64,000 nucleotides of DNA. Source: Patescibacteria group bacterium. GTDB lineage: Bacteria; Patescibacteriota; Microgenomatia; UBA1400; PJMF01. The stretch is taken from NCBI GenBank assembly GCA_049322575.1, contig JBMORQ010000027.1, forward strand, positions 9,092 through 73,091, read 5' to 3'. This document shows positions 62,889 through 64,000 of this stretch, one piece after another; position 1 is the first letter of the stretch, and every line of letters begins with the position of its first letter. Position numbers and translations under genes: made by a program. The notes under the pieces were generated by a model, which was not told the origin of the DNA, ran no database searches, and saw only the letters and a program-made list of their open reading frames with translations.

Positions 62889-64000
62889 AGCATCTGAAAT
62901 CTTGGGCATGAATGCCCGAGAGCAATTCTATTCTCGCCTTAATTCCACTCAAGCAAAGAGTGTCTGCAAATCTAAGTTGGCTACAAAACTCCTGATGCAA
63001 AGTAGAGGTATTCCTACGGCAGAGTTTTATGGCATCTTTGCCTTACCAGAGGATGTGAACGGTTTCGATTGGCAAAGCCTTCAAAAAAACTTCGTTATTA
63101 AACCAACCAACGGTCACGCAGGTAAGGGTGTAGTGGCATTTAAAACCCAACACCCAACTAAAGCAAACACTTGGATTGATGCCATTGGAAGAGAGTGGTC
63201 CCTAGATGACATCAAACTGCACTGCTACGACATTCTGGAGGGTCAATACAGTACTCATGGCTCACAGCACAACGTTATCATTGAAGAACGTATTCCCATC
63301 CATCCTAAACTACTCAAATACACCTACAAGGGCACACCTGACGTCCGTGTGGTGGTGTATAACAATGTACCAGTCATGGCAAAACTCCGCTTGCCCACTA
63401 AAGAATCGGAGGGACGTGCCAATGTAACCCAAGGCGCCATCATGACAGGCATCGACATCGCCACTGGTGTTACTACCTATGCCGTAGCCCACAAAACTCA
63501 GATGATTAAATATTTGCCAGGAACAAAAAAGAAGCTTAATGGCATACTCATCCCTCAGTGGAACAGGGCGCTAAAAATCTCGGTAGAGGCTACAATGGCT
63601 GCCAATCTTATGTACTGCGGAGTCGACCTATTTTTTCACGAAGAAAAAGGACCGATGGTTGTGGAATTGAATGCTTTTCCGGGACTTTCGATCCAAGTAG
63701 CCAACAAGGCTGGCTTACGACGCAGGCTTTCTAGGGTTGAAGATCTCAATGTACTTAACGCAGAACATGGGGTAAGAATAGGCCAGGCACTTTTCGCGGA
63801 AAGTTTTTCCGACAAAATTACCGCTGAAGATGGCCTAACTATCATTTCAGCCAACGAGACAGTGAAAATTCAAGCCGAGAATAGACGTTCTATCGAGACC
63901 TTGGCACTAATCAACACTGGCCGTTATCGATCAGCTATATCAAGCAAGCTTGCTAGCGAAATTGGCCTGATTGATGTTGACGATTTGCTCTGGTTTCAAC
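62881..64000 (+). CDS. RimK-related ATP-grasp amidoligase (alpha-L-glutamate-ligase-like), 3'-partial; runs off the window edge.
   Basis: N-terminus ILGMNAREQFYSRLNSTQAKSVCKSKLATKLLMQSRGIPTAEFYGI. ATP-grasp motifs IKPTNGHAGKGV, VVVYNNVPVMAKLRLP, MYCGVDLFFHEEKGPMVVELNAFPGL. No stop codon before 64000. Confidence 0.75.
   Translation, partial: MSKASEILGMNAREQFYSRLNSTQAKSVCKSKLATKLLMQSRGIPTAEFYGIFALPEDVNGFDWQSLQKNFVIKPTNGHAGKGVVAFKTQHPTKANTWIDAIGREWSLDDIKLHCYDILEGQYSTHGSQHNVIIEERIPIHPKLLKYTYKGTPDVRVVVYNNVPVMAKLRLPTKESEGRANVTQGAIMTGIDIATGVTTYAVAHKTQMIKYLPGTKKKLNGILIPQWNRALKISVEATMAANLMYCGVDLFFHEEKGPMVVELNAFPGLSIQVANKAGLRRRLSRVEDLNVLNAEHGVRIGQALFAESFSDKITAEDGLTIISANETVKIQAENRRSIETLALINTGRYRSAISSKLASEIGLIDVDDLLWFQ

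Overview
This window is from an AT-rich (about 40% GC), gene-dense bacterial chromosome. By inference it looks like a reduced-genome or CPR/Patescibacteria-like organism: it has a compact RNase P RNA of about 322 nt, many leaderless genes, GH57/GH15 glycogen enzymes, Elp3, secreted nucleases, and a large block of glycan and polyol-phosphate envelope genes.

Main content, in order:
- a 3' fragment of archaeal-type proS, then a poly(A)10-frameshifted DUF4258-like toxin gene;
- a DHH phosphoesterase, a HIT-like hydrolase, rpsU, rnpB (RNase P RNA), and uppP;
- a ComM/YifB-like ATPase with degenerate Walker motifs;
- a glycogen cluster on the minus strand (sugar kinase, GH15 glucoamylase, GH57 glucanase, GT4/5 alpha-glucan synthase);
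- murE and murC, then tRNA-Leu and tRNA-Pro;
- an extracytoplasmic redox module (Cys-rich secreted protein, cytochrome-b5-like lipoprotein, standalone VKOR);
- recQ, a MazG-like NTP pyrophosphatase, and a secreted SNase-like nuclease;
- a divergent Elp3/Trm9-like pair, which implies a eukaryote/archaeal-type tRNA wobble-U (mcm5U-like) modification pathway;
- tRNA-Gln followed by an orphan ORF, an SDR oxidoreductase, a cyclophilin, a membrane-anchored H1-like Lys/Ala-rich protein, and pyruvate kinase;
- a roughly 21-kb, almost unidirectional envelope-glycan island (GT-C, Wzx, several GT2 and GT4, TagF-like enzyme, fused CDP-ribitol synthase, APH-fold kinase plus NTase-HAD fusion, TagGH-like ABC exporter, PMT/ArnT-like GT-C);
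- tRNA-His, a HAD hydrolase, and tRNA-Arg;
- uvrB (with an insertion of about 70 aa), uvrA, a secreted transglutaminase-like enzyme, and a uvrC lacking the HhH domain;
- a translationally coupled 7TM membrane protein and RimK-like ATP-grasp ligase at the window edge (7TM/ATP-grasp peptide-modification system; the ligase is 3'-partial).

No CRISPR array, integrase or transposase was seen. All calls are from manual reading of the sequence and ORF translations; no database search was run.
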